From positions 288,001 through 352,000 of the forward strand of contig CAVYBU010000008.1 in the NCBI GenBank assembly GCA_963766735.1: a stretch of 64,000 bases of DNA, read 5' to 3'. The number at the start of each line of letters is the position of its first letter. Position 1 is the first letter of the stretch. Below the pieces are notes generated by a model. The model was not told the origin of the DNA. It ran no database searches and saw only the letters and a list, made by a program, of their open reading frames with translations. A program made the position numbers and the translations under genes. The stretch is from an uncultured Chloroflexia bacterium. GTDB lineage: Bacteria; Chloroflexota; Limnocylindria; Limnocylindrales; CSP1-4. Positions 43,117 through 53,800 of the stretch are shown here, in pieces.

Positions 43117-43352
43117 GGGCGGATCGATTATCGCCCGGATCCGATCGGCGCAGGGGCGAGCATTCGGGCCGCGAGGTCCGAAAAGGGAGTTCCCGGATGG
43201 CACCGAAAGGAGTACCGTCTGCGCGCGACGACCGCCGCCTCGTTGTGACCGCTCACGGAGTCCGGGCAGCTTCCCGATCACCCGGCTTCGTCCCGTCGCC
43301 CGGCGCTGGTCCCGTGCGGGTGTGGACCGTCTGGGGACGGGAGGGGCCGGCG

Positions 43353-45364
43353 ATGGTGGACGTACCGACGACGCTGGAAGTCGCGGCGCAGGCGCTGTCC
43401 GCGCTCCTCGCCGTGTGGCTCGGCCTGACCGTCGCGACGCGCTCCAGGCTGCCAATCGCCCGCGTGTTCACGTTTCTCGCGATCGTGGTCGCCTCATGGA
43501 GCACGAGCATCCTCATCCAGCGGCTGACCACATCGGTTGAGGTCTCGGAGGTCAGCCGTTCGATCGAGGACCTCGCGGCGGCCCTCGCCCTCGGGGGCCT
43601 GGCCCACTTCGCCCTGACGGTCTCGACCGATGGGCACCCCTCGCGCCGGCAGATGACCGTGATCGGCGTGAACTACGCGATCCTCCTCGCTTTCGCGCTG
43701 CCGACCATCCTCCATTTCGAGACCACGGTGGACGTCACGCCGCCCCACTTCTCGCTGGGTCCGATCCCGGGCGCGCTGCTCGGCTGGGGATGGGTCGTCG
43801 CGCGCCTCGCGGCGATCGCACTCGGCGCGGGCTGGCTGCTGCGGGCCATGCGCGTCCAGGGTGCCAGCCCGCTCCGCCGGCGCCAGCTCGGGGCGGCGCT
43901 GGCCACGATCGGGATGGCCGGGCTCGGCGCCAGCCTGCGCTTCCTCCCCGTGATCCAGGATGCGGATCGCTGGATCGGCACCTCGTTCGTCACGCTCTCC
44001 GTCGTGTTCGCGTCGTATGCGGTCTTCGCTGCCGGACTCTTCTTCGGCCCCGCGGTGGCGTCCCGCGCCTTCCGGACCTCGGTCGTCGGCGCCGCCGCCG
44101 TGGGCGCGCTGATCATCGTGCTGCTCGGCCTCAATGTCCTCAGCACGAACCTTCTCGGCCTCGCCGGTCCGTTCCTCCCGGCTGTGGGGCTGGTCGTCAT
44201 CGCGGCCATCTACGGACCCCTCGGCTCGCGTCTCCGGGTGAGGGTCTCGGGTGGCGGCTCCCGGGCGGTCGCGCGGGACCGGTTGCTGCGCGCCCTCGGC
44301 GAACGGGAGCTTGCGGTGAGCCCGGCCTCTGCGGGCGTCCAGCCCGCGCTCGCCTACGTCATGAGGGCGCTCGACGTGACGGGGCTCACGGTCTCTGCGC
44401 CCGACGGCTCCCTCGTCGCGTCCAAGGGCGCGCCGCCGGCCCCGGACTCGGTCACGCCCATCCTGCTCATGGATGGCGGCGAGCTGGTTGGGGAGATGCG
44501 CGTGGGCGAGACGGCCTCCGGTGCTCCGCTCGATACGCGCGATCTGCGCCTCCTCGAACTGTCGGCGTCCTACGTTGCCAGCGCCTTGCGGACGGGCCGC
44601 CGGGAGGATGAGCAGGCGACCGAGCTCGACCGCCTCGCGGAGGCTCGCGCCGCCGTCGACACCCACGCGGAGGCACTCCACACCGCGCTGGTCAAGCGAA
44701 GCGATGTGGCTCCGGGCGTGCGCGTCTTTGCCCTGGGCCCGCTCCGGGTCGAGCGCGACGGGACGCGCATCGAGCACTGGGGTGGTGACAAGGCGGGCAG
44801 CCGCCAGGCGCAAGGGATGTTCGCGTTCCTCTACGATCGCGGCGAGCATGGCGTGGCCAAGGACGAGGTCCTCGAGCTCATCTGGCCGGACGTCGACCTC
44901 GAGCGCGCGGACCTCGCGTTCCATCGGACGATGGGCGGGCTGCGATCCACCCTGGACCCTGACCACCGGAAAGGCGATGGCTCGGCGGTCCGCTTCGCCC
45001 ACGATCGCTACCGGCTCGCGGATCCGGTGGTCGCCTGGTCCGACGTGGACGCCTTCCTCGGGGCGCTCGACGACGCCGCCACCAGCCGGATCGTGCGGAC
45101 AGGATCCGGCTCCTCGAGACGGCACGCCGACTGTACCGGGGCGAGTATCTCGACGACTGCCCCTACTACGGCGACAGCGTCTTCGTCGAAGATCGTCGGG
45201 CCCACCTGCGGGGCAGGTTCGTCGATCTCGCCGTCGCCCTCGGGGAGGCCTACGAGGTGGGCGGCGATCGGATGTCGGCGGCGGCAGCCTTCCGGGATGC
45301 CGTCATGCGGGCGCCGGATGGGTGTCCACCCGCCACGGAGGGTCTTGCGCGCCTGGGGTTCTGA
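43353..45364 (+). CDS. membrane-embedded sensor (multi-TM + GAF-like) fused to a SARP-type wHTH-BTAD output; apparent frameshift near 45085
   Basis: About 8-9 TMs; VFALGPLRV, LELIWPD, LRSTLDP, YRL, WSDVDAF; shifted frame gives LYRGEYLDD...VEDRRAHL, ending TGA 45362-45364. Confidence 0.8.
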
Positions 45365-45366
45365 CA

Positions 45367-45406
45367 CCGCAGGATCACCGCAGTCCGGCCGCAGTCGTTC
45401 CGGGGT
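45367..45406 (+). promoter_or_regulatory. 11-bp-period heptamer direct repeats (SARP-box-like) upstream of the ECF sigma gene
   Basis: CCGCAGG 45367, CCGCAGT 45378, CCGCAGT 45389, CCGGGGT 45400. Confidence 0.6.
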
Positions 45407-45456
45407 GGTCGTCGTTCAAGGTGCACTTGTCAACACCACGCACCAGAGCGACCGCC

Positions 45457-46014
45457 ATGTCCGCCCACGTCTCGCCTGCTCCGCTCGGACGAATCACTCC
45501 TCCCGCGTCCGGCCTCCCGGCCGGTGAGCCGGCCCGCGCCCTCGCCAGCTCCACGTTCGAGCAGTACCACGATGAGCTCTATCGCTCCGCGCTCCGCGCA
45601 TGTCGCGACCCCGAGACCGCGGAGGACCTGGTCCAGGAGGCGCTGCTCCGGCTGATGGTCGAGGTCGACACGAGGGGTGCGCCAAGGAACGTTCGAGCGT
45701 GGCTCCACCGGGTGATCGCGAATCTGGCCGTCTCGCTCGGGCGGCGGTCCACGGTGAGCCGGCGGCACGCCAGCGCCCTCGTGAACCGCGAGGAGCCGGC
45801 CACGCCCGAGGGGATCGTGCTGGAGGGCGAGGCCCGCTCGACGCTTGCCTCGGCCCTGCAGACGTTGCCCCAGAAGGCGCGAACGGCGCTGCTGCTGGCC
45901 GCGAGCGGCTACCGCGGGGCGGAGATCGCGGCGATGATCGGCAGCTCGGACTGCGCGACCCGCACGATGATGAGCCGGGCCCGGCTCAAGCTCCGCGACC
46001 AGGTCGCCGCATGA
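45457..46014 (+). CDS. ECF RNA polymerase sigma factor
   Basis: AEDLVQEALLR, RAWLHRVIAN (region 2); LPQKARTALLL...AEIAAMIG (region 4). Confidence 0.9.
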   Translation: MSAHVSPAPLGRITPPASGLPAGEPARALASSTFEQYHDELYRSALRACRDPETAEDLVQEALLRLMVEVDTRGAPRNVRAWLHRVIANLAVSLGRRSTVSRRHASALVNREEPATPEGIVLEGEARSTLASALQTLPQKARTALLLAASGYRGAEIAAMIGSSDCATRTMMSRARLKLRDQVAA

Positions 46015-46113
46015 CCTCGCGGCGCGCCGATGGCCCTGGGGCGACAGCGCTGCCCCCGGGCCTGGCAGTGCCGCCAAGCCCGGTTGCAGGGTGACATCGG
46101 CCGCCACGCAGGT

Positions 46114-46142
46114 TTGACCCGTGCCGGGACCGCGCGTACACT
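46114..46142 (+). promoter_or_regulatory. sigma70-type promoter of rpsU
   Basis: TTGACC-N17-TACACT. Confidence 0.75.
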
Positions 46143-46267
46143 CCGGCGGCCTGCCGGCTGGCTTTGCGCGCCTCGTGCGCGCCCGGTTGCCGGGACGCCC
46201 CCTGCGCCGTCGGGCATCGCGTGCGGGAGGCGGGTGCGAGACCCCTGCCCGAGGAGGTGAACCGGGA

Positions 46268-46453
46268 TTGGCCGAAGTCCGAGTGGGTGAAAACGAGACG
46301 TTCGAGAGCGCGCTCCGCCGCTTCAACAAGAAGATCCAGCAGAGTGGCATCCTCGCCGAGGCTCGCCGACGCGAGCACTACGAGAAGCCCTCTGTGAAGC
46401 GGAAGCGGAAGGAAGCGAAGCGCAAGAAGAACGCGCGCGCGAGCAACGGCTGA
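46268..46453 (+). CDS. rpsU: 30S ribosomal protein S21
   Basis: TTG start after AGGAGGTG; [23 protein letters not shown]. Confidence 0.96.
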   Translation: MAEVRVGENETFESALRRFNKKIQQSGILAEARRREHYEKPSVKRKRKEAKRKKNARASNG

Positions 46454-46621
46454 GCCTCGAGGGGTTCGGCGGCCGGTCCAGCTGACCGCGTCGCCGCCCC
46501 CACGGCCCACCTGAAGCGTCGACCCGGGAACCCGTCCCGGATCCCACCATCGGCGCAGCTCGCGGGCACGGCACACCGTCGGGGCACATCGACGACGCCG
46601 TGACGCCCGAGGAGCCATCCG

Positions 46622-47098
46622 GTGACCCTTCGCGAACGACTCCAGGCCGACACGACCGCAGCCATGCGGTCGGGTGACGCGCTGCGCCGCGACGTGCTGC
46701 GAATGGTCCAGAACACCATCTACAACACGGAGAAGGCGAAGAAGGTCACCCTGTCCGAGGACGAGATCCTGGGTGTCGTCGTGCGCGAGGTGAAGACCCG
46801 CCGCGAGAGCGTCGAGGCCTTCCGCACGGGTGGCCGCGAGGACCTTGCCGCGAAGGAGGAGGCGGAGATCGCCATCCTCGCCGACTACCTCCCCCAGGCC
46901 CTGACCGACGACGAGCTGGGCGCCCTTGTGGCCGAGGCCGTGACTGCCACCGGCGCCGCCTCTGCCCGCGACATGGGCAAGGTCATGGGCTGGCTTTCCC
47001 CGAGGATCCGCGGCCGCGCCGACGGAAAGGTCGCGTCCGGCCTGGTGGCCCAGGCGCTCGCCCGCGCAGATGTGTCCGCGCACGAGGCGGGGCACTAG
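46622..47098 (+). CDS. GatB/YqeY domain protein
   Basis: KTRRES, YLPQAL, DMGKVMG, GRADGK. Confidence 0.93.
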   Translation: MTLRERLQADTTAAMRSGDALRRDVLRMVQNTIYNTEKAKKVTLSEDEILGVVVREVKTRRESVEAFRTGGREDLAAKEEAEIAILADYLPQALTDDELGALVAEAVTATGAASARDMGKVMGWLSPRIRGRADGKVASGLVAQALARADVSAHEAGH

Positions 47099-47120
47099 CC
47101 CCAGCGGCAGGACCAGCACG

Positions 47121-49265
47121 ATGCTCTCCCGGACCGAAGGATCGACGATCCCCTTCAACCGCCGCGACGCGGGCCGCCTGATCGCGGCTTCCATCGTGCT
47201 GATCGTCGCGATGTCCGTGATCCTGGGCTTGGACATCCTGCCGGCCCAGACACAGCTCGAGGTGGGCAGGCCGGCCCCGGAGAACGTCTTCGCCCCGCGC
47301 GGAGGCCAGTACGACAGTGCCATCCTGACCGATGCCGCGCGCCAGGATGCCCGGGACGGGGTCGGGCCGCAGTACGACTTCACCGCCGCCCAGGCCGAGG
47401 CGATCGCCGTACAGCAGGCGCAGGCCTTCGAGCGGTTCGTCAAGCCGATCGACGACGCCTTCGCCGACGACGTGACCCCCGACGACCGCATGGTGCTCCT
47501 GGTGACGGCCATGCCGTCCCTGTCGACGGATCAGCTGGCCACGCTCGGGACCCTCCCCGAGGACCGCTGGACGGCAGTCCGCACGGAGGCCGCACGCGTC
47601 CTGGACACCCTCGAGCGCACGGAGCTGAAGGACACGCAGGTCGCCGAGGCCCGCGCCAACCTGCCGGGCCGGATGGCGGGCGACCTGACCTCCGATGAGC
47701 GTGCCCTGGCGGCGGCGCTGATCGCGCCGCTGGTCGTCGCCAACTCCTCCTACGATCCGCAACTCACCGAGACCCGCCGGGAGCAGGCGGCTGACGCCGT
47801 CGAGCCGGTCGAGAAGGGCTGGGAGAAGAGCGACATCATCGTCCGCTCCGGCGACCGGGTGACGCCCGAGGCATTCGAGGCGATCGAGTACTTCAACCTC
47901 AACAGGGGCGGCCTCGACGTCGCGCGCCTGGCCGGGTTCGTCCTTCTGTCGCTCCTCGTGATCGGCCTGCTGCTGACGTGGACCTGGCGGTTCCGGAGAG
48001 AGTTCTGGCACCGCAACAACGTCGTGCTGCTGCTCAGCCTGCTCCTCCTGGTCGCCGTGCTTGCGCTGAAGCTGACCGCCGGGCGCACGTGGCTGCCATA
48101 CGCGCTGCCCCTCGCGGCGATCGGGATGCTGGTGACCGTGCTCCTCGACGCGGGTGCAGCCATGGTCATGACCGCGCTGATCGCGGTGCTCGCGGCTGCG
48201 GTCAACGGAGCTGGGCTGGAGCTCGCCGCCTACGTGATGCTGGGTGGCATCGCGGGCATCGTCTCGGTTCGCCGGGGGGACCGGCTCATCGTCTTCGTCC
48301 AGGCCGGCTTCGCCGTGCTCATCGTCAACGCGCTCGTGGTCACGACGTTTGCGCTGCTGGGGGACCAGGATATTCGCGGCGTTCTCGAGCTGCTCGTTGC
48401 GTCGGCCGTCTCGGCCGGTGGTTCGACCATCGTCGCCGTCGGCAGCTTCGCCGCGATCGGCTCGGTCTTCGGCATCCTGACCGTGTTCCAGCTCCTGGAG
48501 CTGGCAAACCCGTCGCAGACCCTGCTCCGCCGGCTCCTGGTGGAAACGCCGGGCACGTACCACCACTCGCTCATGGTCGGGAACCTGGCGGAGCGTGCCG
48601 CAGAGTCCATCGGCGGTGACCCCCTCCTGGCCCGCGTGGCGGCCTACTACCACGACATCGGCAAGCTTTCGAACCCGGCCGCGTTCATCGAGAACCAGGC
48701 CGGCGGCGACAACCTGCACGACGAGCTGGACCCAACGGCCTCCGCCCAGCTGCTCAAGAGCCACGTGAGCGCGGGCATCGACATTGCGTACAAGTCGGGG
48801 CTGCCGAAGGCGCTGATCGCGTTCATCCCACAGCACCACGGGACGGCGATCATGTCCTACTTCTACGCCCGGGCGAGGGAGGCTGCTGCAGCGCCGTTCG
48901 GTGGCCTGGATACCGCTGAGGGGCGGAAGGCGGCCGAGGCGGTGGATGCCCGCAAGTTCCGCCACGGAGGCCCCAAGCCCCAGACCCGCGAGGCGGCGAT
49001 CATCATGCTGGCCGACTCGGTCGAGGCGTCGGTGCGGTCCCTTTCCGCGCGCGACGAGGCCGCGATCCGCGCGATGGTGGCCCGGATCTTCGACGAGCGG
49101 ATCAGCGACAACCAGTTCAACGAGTGCGACCTGACGCTCCGCGACATCGAGACGATCCGCGAGGCCTTCGTGGAGCAGCTGCTGGGCATGTACCACCAGC
49201 GGGTTGCCTACCCGCAGAGCAAGGCCGTCGAGCAGGAGTCCCGTCGCGCCACGGACGGCACGTAG
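47121..49265 (+). CDS. 7TM-HD phosphohydrolase (PgpH-like cyclic dinucleotide phosphodiesterase)
   Basis: Extracellular domain, 7 TMs, PGTYHHS, YYHDIGK, FIENQ, QHHGT, MLADSVEA; next to ybeY. Confidence 0.9.
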   Translation: MLSRTEGSTIPFNRRDAGRLIAASIVLIVAMSVILGLDILPAQTQLEVGRPAPENVFAPRGGQYDSAILTDAARQDARDGVGPQYDFTAAQAEAIAVQQAQAFERFVKPIDDAFADDVTPDDRMVLLVTAMPSLSTDQLATLGTLPEDRWTAVRTEAARVLDTLERTELKDTQVAEARANLPGRMAGDLTSDERALAAALIAPLVVANSSYDPQLTETRREQAADAVEPVEKGWEKSDIIVRSGDRVTPEAFEAIEYFNLNRGGLDVARLAGFVLLSLLVIGLLLTWTWRFRREFWHRNNVVLLLSLLLLVAVLALKLTAGRTWLPYALPLAAIGMLVTVLLDAGAAMVMTALIAVLAAAVNGAGLELAAYVMLGGIAGIVSVRRGDRLIVFVQAGFAVLIVNALVVTTFALLGDQDIRGVLELLVASAVSAGGSTIVAVGSFAAIGSVFGILTVFQLLELANPSQTLLRRLLVETPGTYHHSLMVGNLAERAAESIGGDPLLARVAAYYHDIGKLSNPAAFIENQAGGDNLHDELDPTASAQLLKSHVSAGIDIAYKSGLPKALIAFIPQHHGTAIMSYFYARAREAAAAPFGGLDTAEGRKAAEAVDARKFRHGGPKPQTREAAIIMLADSVEASVRSLSARDEAAIRAMVARIFDERISDNQFNECDLTLRDIETIREAFVEQLLGMYHQRVAYPQSKAVEQESRRATDGT

Positions 49266-49277
49266 GGACGCCCGGGA

Positions 49278-49895
49278 TTGCGCAGCCTCTACCTCGGCCC
49301 GTGGCGGATCGACGTCGAGTGGCGCGACGACGTTCCGCGGCTGCTCCCGGCCACCGTCATTGCGCGAACTGCGGCCGCCGCCCTGGATGTCGCGGGCGCG
49401 CCCGGCCCCGCGTCGCTGGGCCTGATCCTCACGGACGACGCGGAGCTGGCGGAGCTCAACGCGGCCCACATGGGCAAGGATGGCCCGACGGACGTGCTGT
49501 CGTTTCCGCTCCTGCCGCCGGCGACGTACCCGCCGCATCCCGGCAGGGCAGCGGCCGGCGCGGCTGCCGACGAGGCCGGTGACGCGTTCGATGACGAGGC
49601 CGACGCCGATCCATCGGTGGCTTTCCGGCTCCCGCCCGGCGCGCGCACGCACCTGGGCGACATCGTGGTGTCCGTGGAGCGGGCGGTCGACCAGGCGGAA
49701 GCAGGCCGCGGCGGCCAGACTGGCGACGTGCTCTGGGGGGCCCGCGATGAGCTGCGCCTGCTCGTGACCCACGGCACGCTCCACGTCTGCGGCTGGGACC
49801 ACGCGGAACCGGACGAGGAGGCGGCGATGCGCGCGCTCGAACGCGGTCTCCTGGACGGCGGCGAGCTGCCGATGAGAGAGCCGCTCCGGCCCTGA
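49278..49895 (+). CDS. ybeY: endoribonuclease YbeY
   Basis: PTDVLSFP, LGDIVVS, HGTLHVCGWDH. Confidence 0.93.
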   Translation: MRSLYLGPWRIDVEWRDDVPRLLPATVIARTAAAALDVAGAPGPASLGLILTDDAELAELNAAHMGKDGPTDVLSFPLLPPATYPPHPGRAAAGAAADEAGDAFDDEADADPSVAFRLPPGARTHLGDIVVSVERAVDQAEAGRGGQTGDVLWGARDELRLLVTHGTLHVCGWDHAEPDEEAAMRALERGLLDGGELPMREPLRP

Positions 49896-50127
49896 CGCCA
49901 CCGTTCTTCTTGTTGCCGCGGCCACTGGGTCCGCTCGCGATCCGGGCTTGTGGGGTCGTGCGCGATGCCCGGGAGCGGCGGACGCCCCCCTGCCCCGGCA
50001 ACTGCACGTGCCGCGCGCCTGGTCAGCGGTACCATGTCTCCTGAGCCCCGTCGGACCAGGTCCCGGGGCCGTTCGCCGTGTCCGGACGGGGTGTCCGGGT
50101 CACGGCCATCGAGGTGGGATCCGGATC

Positions 50128-50877
50128 GTGAAGCTCGTCATCGGCCTGGGGAACCCGGGCAGCCAGTACGCGGAGACGCGGCACAACATCGGCTGGATGG
50201 TCCTGGACCGGCTGGCGGACCGCGCCGGTCGGTCCGGACGCGGTCGCCAGCGCGACGCGTCCGAGAGCCTGCAGATCCGGTACAAGGGCATGGACCTGGT
50301 TCTCGCCAAGCCGCTCACGTACATGAACGACTCCGGGATCGCGGTCCGAAAGCTGCTGGCCCGGGAGCGCGCTCCGCTGGCCGAGGTGCTGGTGATCGCG
50401 GACGACTTCGCGCTCCCGTTCGGGAAGCTTCGGTTCCGAGAGGCCGGGTCGCACGGCGGGCACAACGGGCTGCGCTCGATCATCGAGGAGCTGGAGTCCG
50501 AGAAGTTCAGCCGGCTTCGGGTGGGGATCGGAGAGCCGGGACGCGGGGCGATCGACCACGTCCTCTCGAAGTTCGCCGCCGACGAGCGGGCGCGCCTGCC
50601 GATCCTCCTGGACGCGGCGGCCGATGCCGTTGAGGCGTGGGCGCGCGACGGGACGTCGAAGGCGGCGAACCGCTTCAACAGCTTCGAGCTGCAGGCGCCG
50701 GCGGCTCCCGGCGAGGGCGATGGCGCGGCGCCGAAACCGGGCGAGGTTGGCGGTCCGGCCGACGAGACGGGCGTGCGGCGGACGAAGACGGGATGGCGTC
50801 GGATCCTGGGCGGGGACAAGGGCGCGGGCGACGAGGGAGGTTCGGACGGCGGTCGGGACGGCGGCGGCCGACGGTGA
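50128..50877 (+). CDS. pth: peptidyl-tRNA hydrolase with C-terminal extension
   Basis: GLGNPG..Y..TRHNIG, KPLTYMN.SG, GGHNGLRS. Confidence 0.96.
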   Translation: MKLVIGLGNPGSQYAETRHNIGWMVLDRLADRAGRSGRGRQRDASESLQIRYKGMDLVLAKPLTYMNDSGIAVRKLLARERAPLAEVLVIADDFALPFGKLRFREAGSHGGHNGLRSIIEELESEKFSRLRVGIGEPGRGAIDHVLSKFAADERARLPILLDAAADAVEAWARDGTSKAANRFNSFELQAPAAPGEGDGAAPKPGEVGGPADETGVRRTKTGWRRILGGDKGAGDEGGSDGGRDGGGRR

Positions 50878-53800
50878 CGGACCGGTACCGCGGGCGGACG
50901 ACCCGGGAGCGGAAGCTCGCCGAGAAGGTCGCGCGCGAGTGGGCGGAGCGGCGCGCCGCAGCGGAGGTCGCGGAGCAGGAGGTGGACCTGGACCGCGCGT
51001 CGGTCGAGGCCGAGGTGGAGCTGCTCGATCCTGCGGCGCGACGCGCTGAGCCGGACAGGCCTGGCGCTGCCGGGGCCGCGGGTGCGACGGCCGCGTCCTC
51101 TGCGGCACGCGCCCGGCGGGCGGCGGCACATGCGCGGGGGGACCGCGCCGGCACGGCGTCCCGCGGCGGCGCCGGACGTCGTGTGCCGGATCTCGCGGTG
51201 CTGCCGCGCCTCCTCCACGCAACGGGTTCGTTCGAGACGCTGCGGGAGCGACTCGGGCCTGCCGCGGCCCCGGCGGCCGGCATCCACGGGCGCCACGTGG
51301 GCTTGACGACGGTCCCGCACGGGGCGAAGTCCTACCTCGCGGCGGCGATCGCCCTGGCGGAGGGTGGCGAGCGGATCTGCTGGGTGGCGAGGGATGCGGA
51401 GATCGGCGACCGCGTGGCCGAGGAGCTGGGTGCCTGGCTGGGCGACCCGTCGCTCGTGGCGGTGCTGGAGCCCCGGACCTCGCTTGCCTACGAGCGCTCG
51501 GAGCTGGTCCCCGACGAGACGGCCGCACGCGTTGCGGCGCTGGCGGCGTGGCGCGGGGGACGAGCGAAGGTAATGGTCGCCAGCGTCCAGGCACTGCTCC
51601 AGGCGACGCTCGCCCCGGACGACCTGCCGGCCTCGATCCGGACCCTGCGGCCCGGATCGAGGGTGATCCTGGACACGCTCCTCGCGGAGCTCCTCGACCA
51701 TGGCTACGCACCCGTCCTCGAAGTCGCGGGGAGGGGAGAGTTCGCGCGGCGCGGCGGCATCGTGGACGTGTTCCCGCCCTCGGCGCCGCTCCCCGTCCGG
51801 ATCGAGCTGTTCGGCGACGAGATCGACTCGCTCCGCGCCTTCGACCCGACCGACCAGCGGAGCGTCGGAACCGTCACGGAGGTCGCGCTCCTGCCCGCGA
51901 CGGAGTTCCTGCTCCCCCCGGGCGGTGCGGACGAGATCCGGGCGCGGCTGGGGCGGATGGCGGCCAGGCTCCCGGAGCGGCTGACGCTGGACCTGGCGCG
52001 GTTTTCGGGCGACGCCGTGACGGAGGGCGCGGCCCACGCGTCCTCCGGTCGCGCGCTCCCCGCGGGGGACGCTGCGGAGGTCTGGTGCCGGGTCGTTGCT
52101 CCCCACACCGGCCTCGACCACCTCGACCCCTCGACCCTCTTCGTCCTGGACGAGCCCGGTGACCTCGCCGACGCCGCCGAGTTCCTGTGGCGCCAGGCCG
52201 AGGAACGGCACGCGGAGCTGGTGGAGGGCGGCGAGCTGCCGAAGGACTGGCCCACTGCCTACCTCCCGCCGCGCGACTGGAAGGCGCGCCTCCACGGCGC
52301 GCGGACCCTGGAGCTCACCTGGCAGTCCGAGGCGGGCACCGCGGACGGCATGGCCCACGCTTCGAAGGGCCTGACGTCGGGCGACCTGTTCGGCTGGCGT
52401 GATCCGGTCCTGCCGCCGGGCCGCACGGAGCGGCTGGTCGATGGCGTGGAGCACTGGCTCTCCGAGCGGGCGCGCGTCGTGCTCGTGTCGGACCAGGCGC
52501 CTCGCCTGGCGGAGCTGCTGGGTGAGGCCGGGCACCCCGTCGGCATCGTCAGCCGCGTCGCGGAGGCGCCGCCGCCCGGGGCGATCGCGCTGGTGGAGCG
52601 GAGCCTCAACGGCGGCTTCGAGGGTGGCCCGGACGGACTCGCGGTCGTCACGGATCGCGAGCTGTTCGGGACCGTCCGCGTCCGGCGGCCGAAGGCGATG
52701 CGGCGCGTCGTCCCGCGCGACATCCTGGAGCGACTGACGGCCGGGGACCTCGTCGTCCACATCGATCATGGCATCGCGCGCTACGAGCAGATGCTGCGGC
52801 GCGGGGAGGCGGGCCAGGAGCGGGACTACCTGGAGCTCTCGTTCGCGGCAGGGGACCGGATCTTCGTCCCCGTGGAACAGATCAACCGGATCTCGCGGTA
52901 CTCGGGCGGGGAATCGCCGCAGCTCTCGCGCCTGGGCGGGACGGACTGGCTGCGGGCCAAGCAGCGGGTCCGCAAGGCGGTCACCGACCTGGCGGAGGAG
53001 CTGCTCAGGCTCTACGCCAGGCGGGAGGCGGCGGAAGGGTTCGCGTTCAGCTTCGACTCGCCCTGGCAGGGGGAGATGGAGGCGTCGTTCCCGTACGAGG
53101 AGACGCCGGACCAGCTCCGTGCCGCGGTCGAGGTCAAGGCGGACATGGAGACACGGCGACCGATGGACCGCCTGGTCGTCGGCGACGTGGGTTACGGCAA
53201 GACCGAGGTGGCCCTGCGGGCCGCGTTCAAGGCCACGCAGGACGGCAAGCAGGTGGCAGTGCTCGTCCCTACTACCGTGTTAGCAGGGCAGCACTTCACC
53301 ACGTTCTCACAGCGGTTCGCGGCGTTCCCGATCACGGTCAAGCTGCTGTCACGGTTCGTCGGGGCGAAGGACCAGGACGCGGCTATCTCCGGCCTCGCGA
53401 GTGGCGGCGTGGACATCGTCATCGGGACCCACCGCCTTCTGAGCAAGGACGTGGCGTTCCGGGACCTGGGCCTGGTGGTGGTGGACGAGGAGCAGCGGTT
53501 CGGGGTCGCGGCGAAGGAGCGGCTCAAGCAGCTGCGGTCCGCCGTGGACGTGCTGACGCTGTCCGCCACGCCGATCCCCCGGACGCTCAACCTGGCCCTG
53601 GCCGGGATCCGGGACATGTCGGTCATCGAGACCCCGCCGGAGGACCGCCTGCCGATCCAGACCCGCGTGGCGGAGGCGTCCGCCGGCCTCGTCCGGGACG
53701 CGATCCTGCGCGAGCTCGACCGCGGCGGCCAGGTGTTCTACGTCCACAACCGGGTCGAGACGATCGAGGCCCAGGCCGAGCAGCTGCGACGGCTCCTGCC

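Noticed and set aside
43185-43220. Glycine riboswitch (CACCGAAAGGAG resembles CCGAAGGAG)
   Set aside because: Lacks the GGAGA and CUCUCAGG elements and a second aptamer
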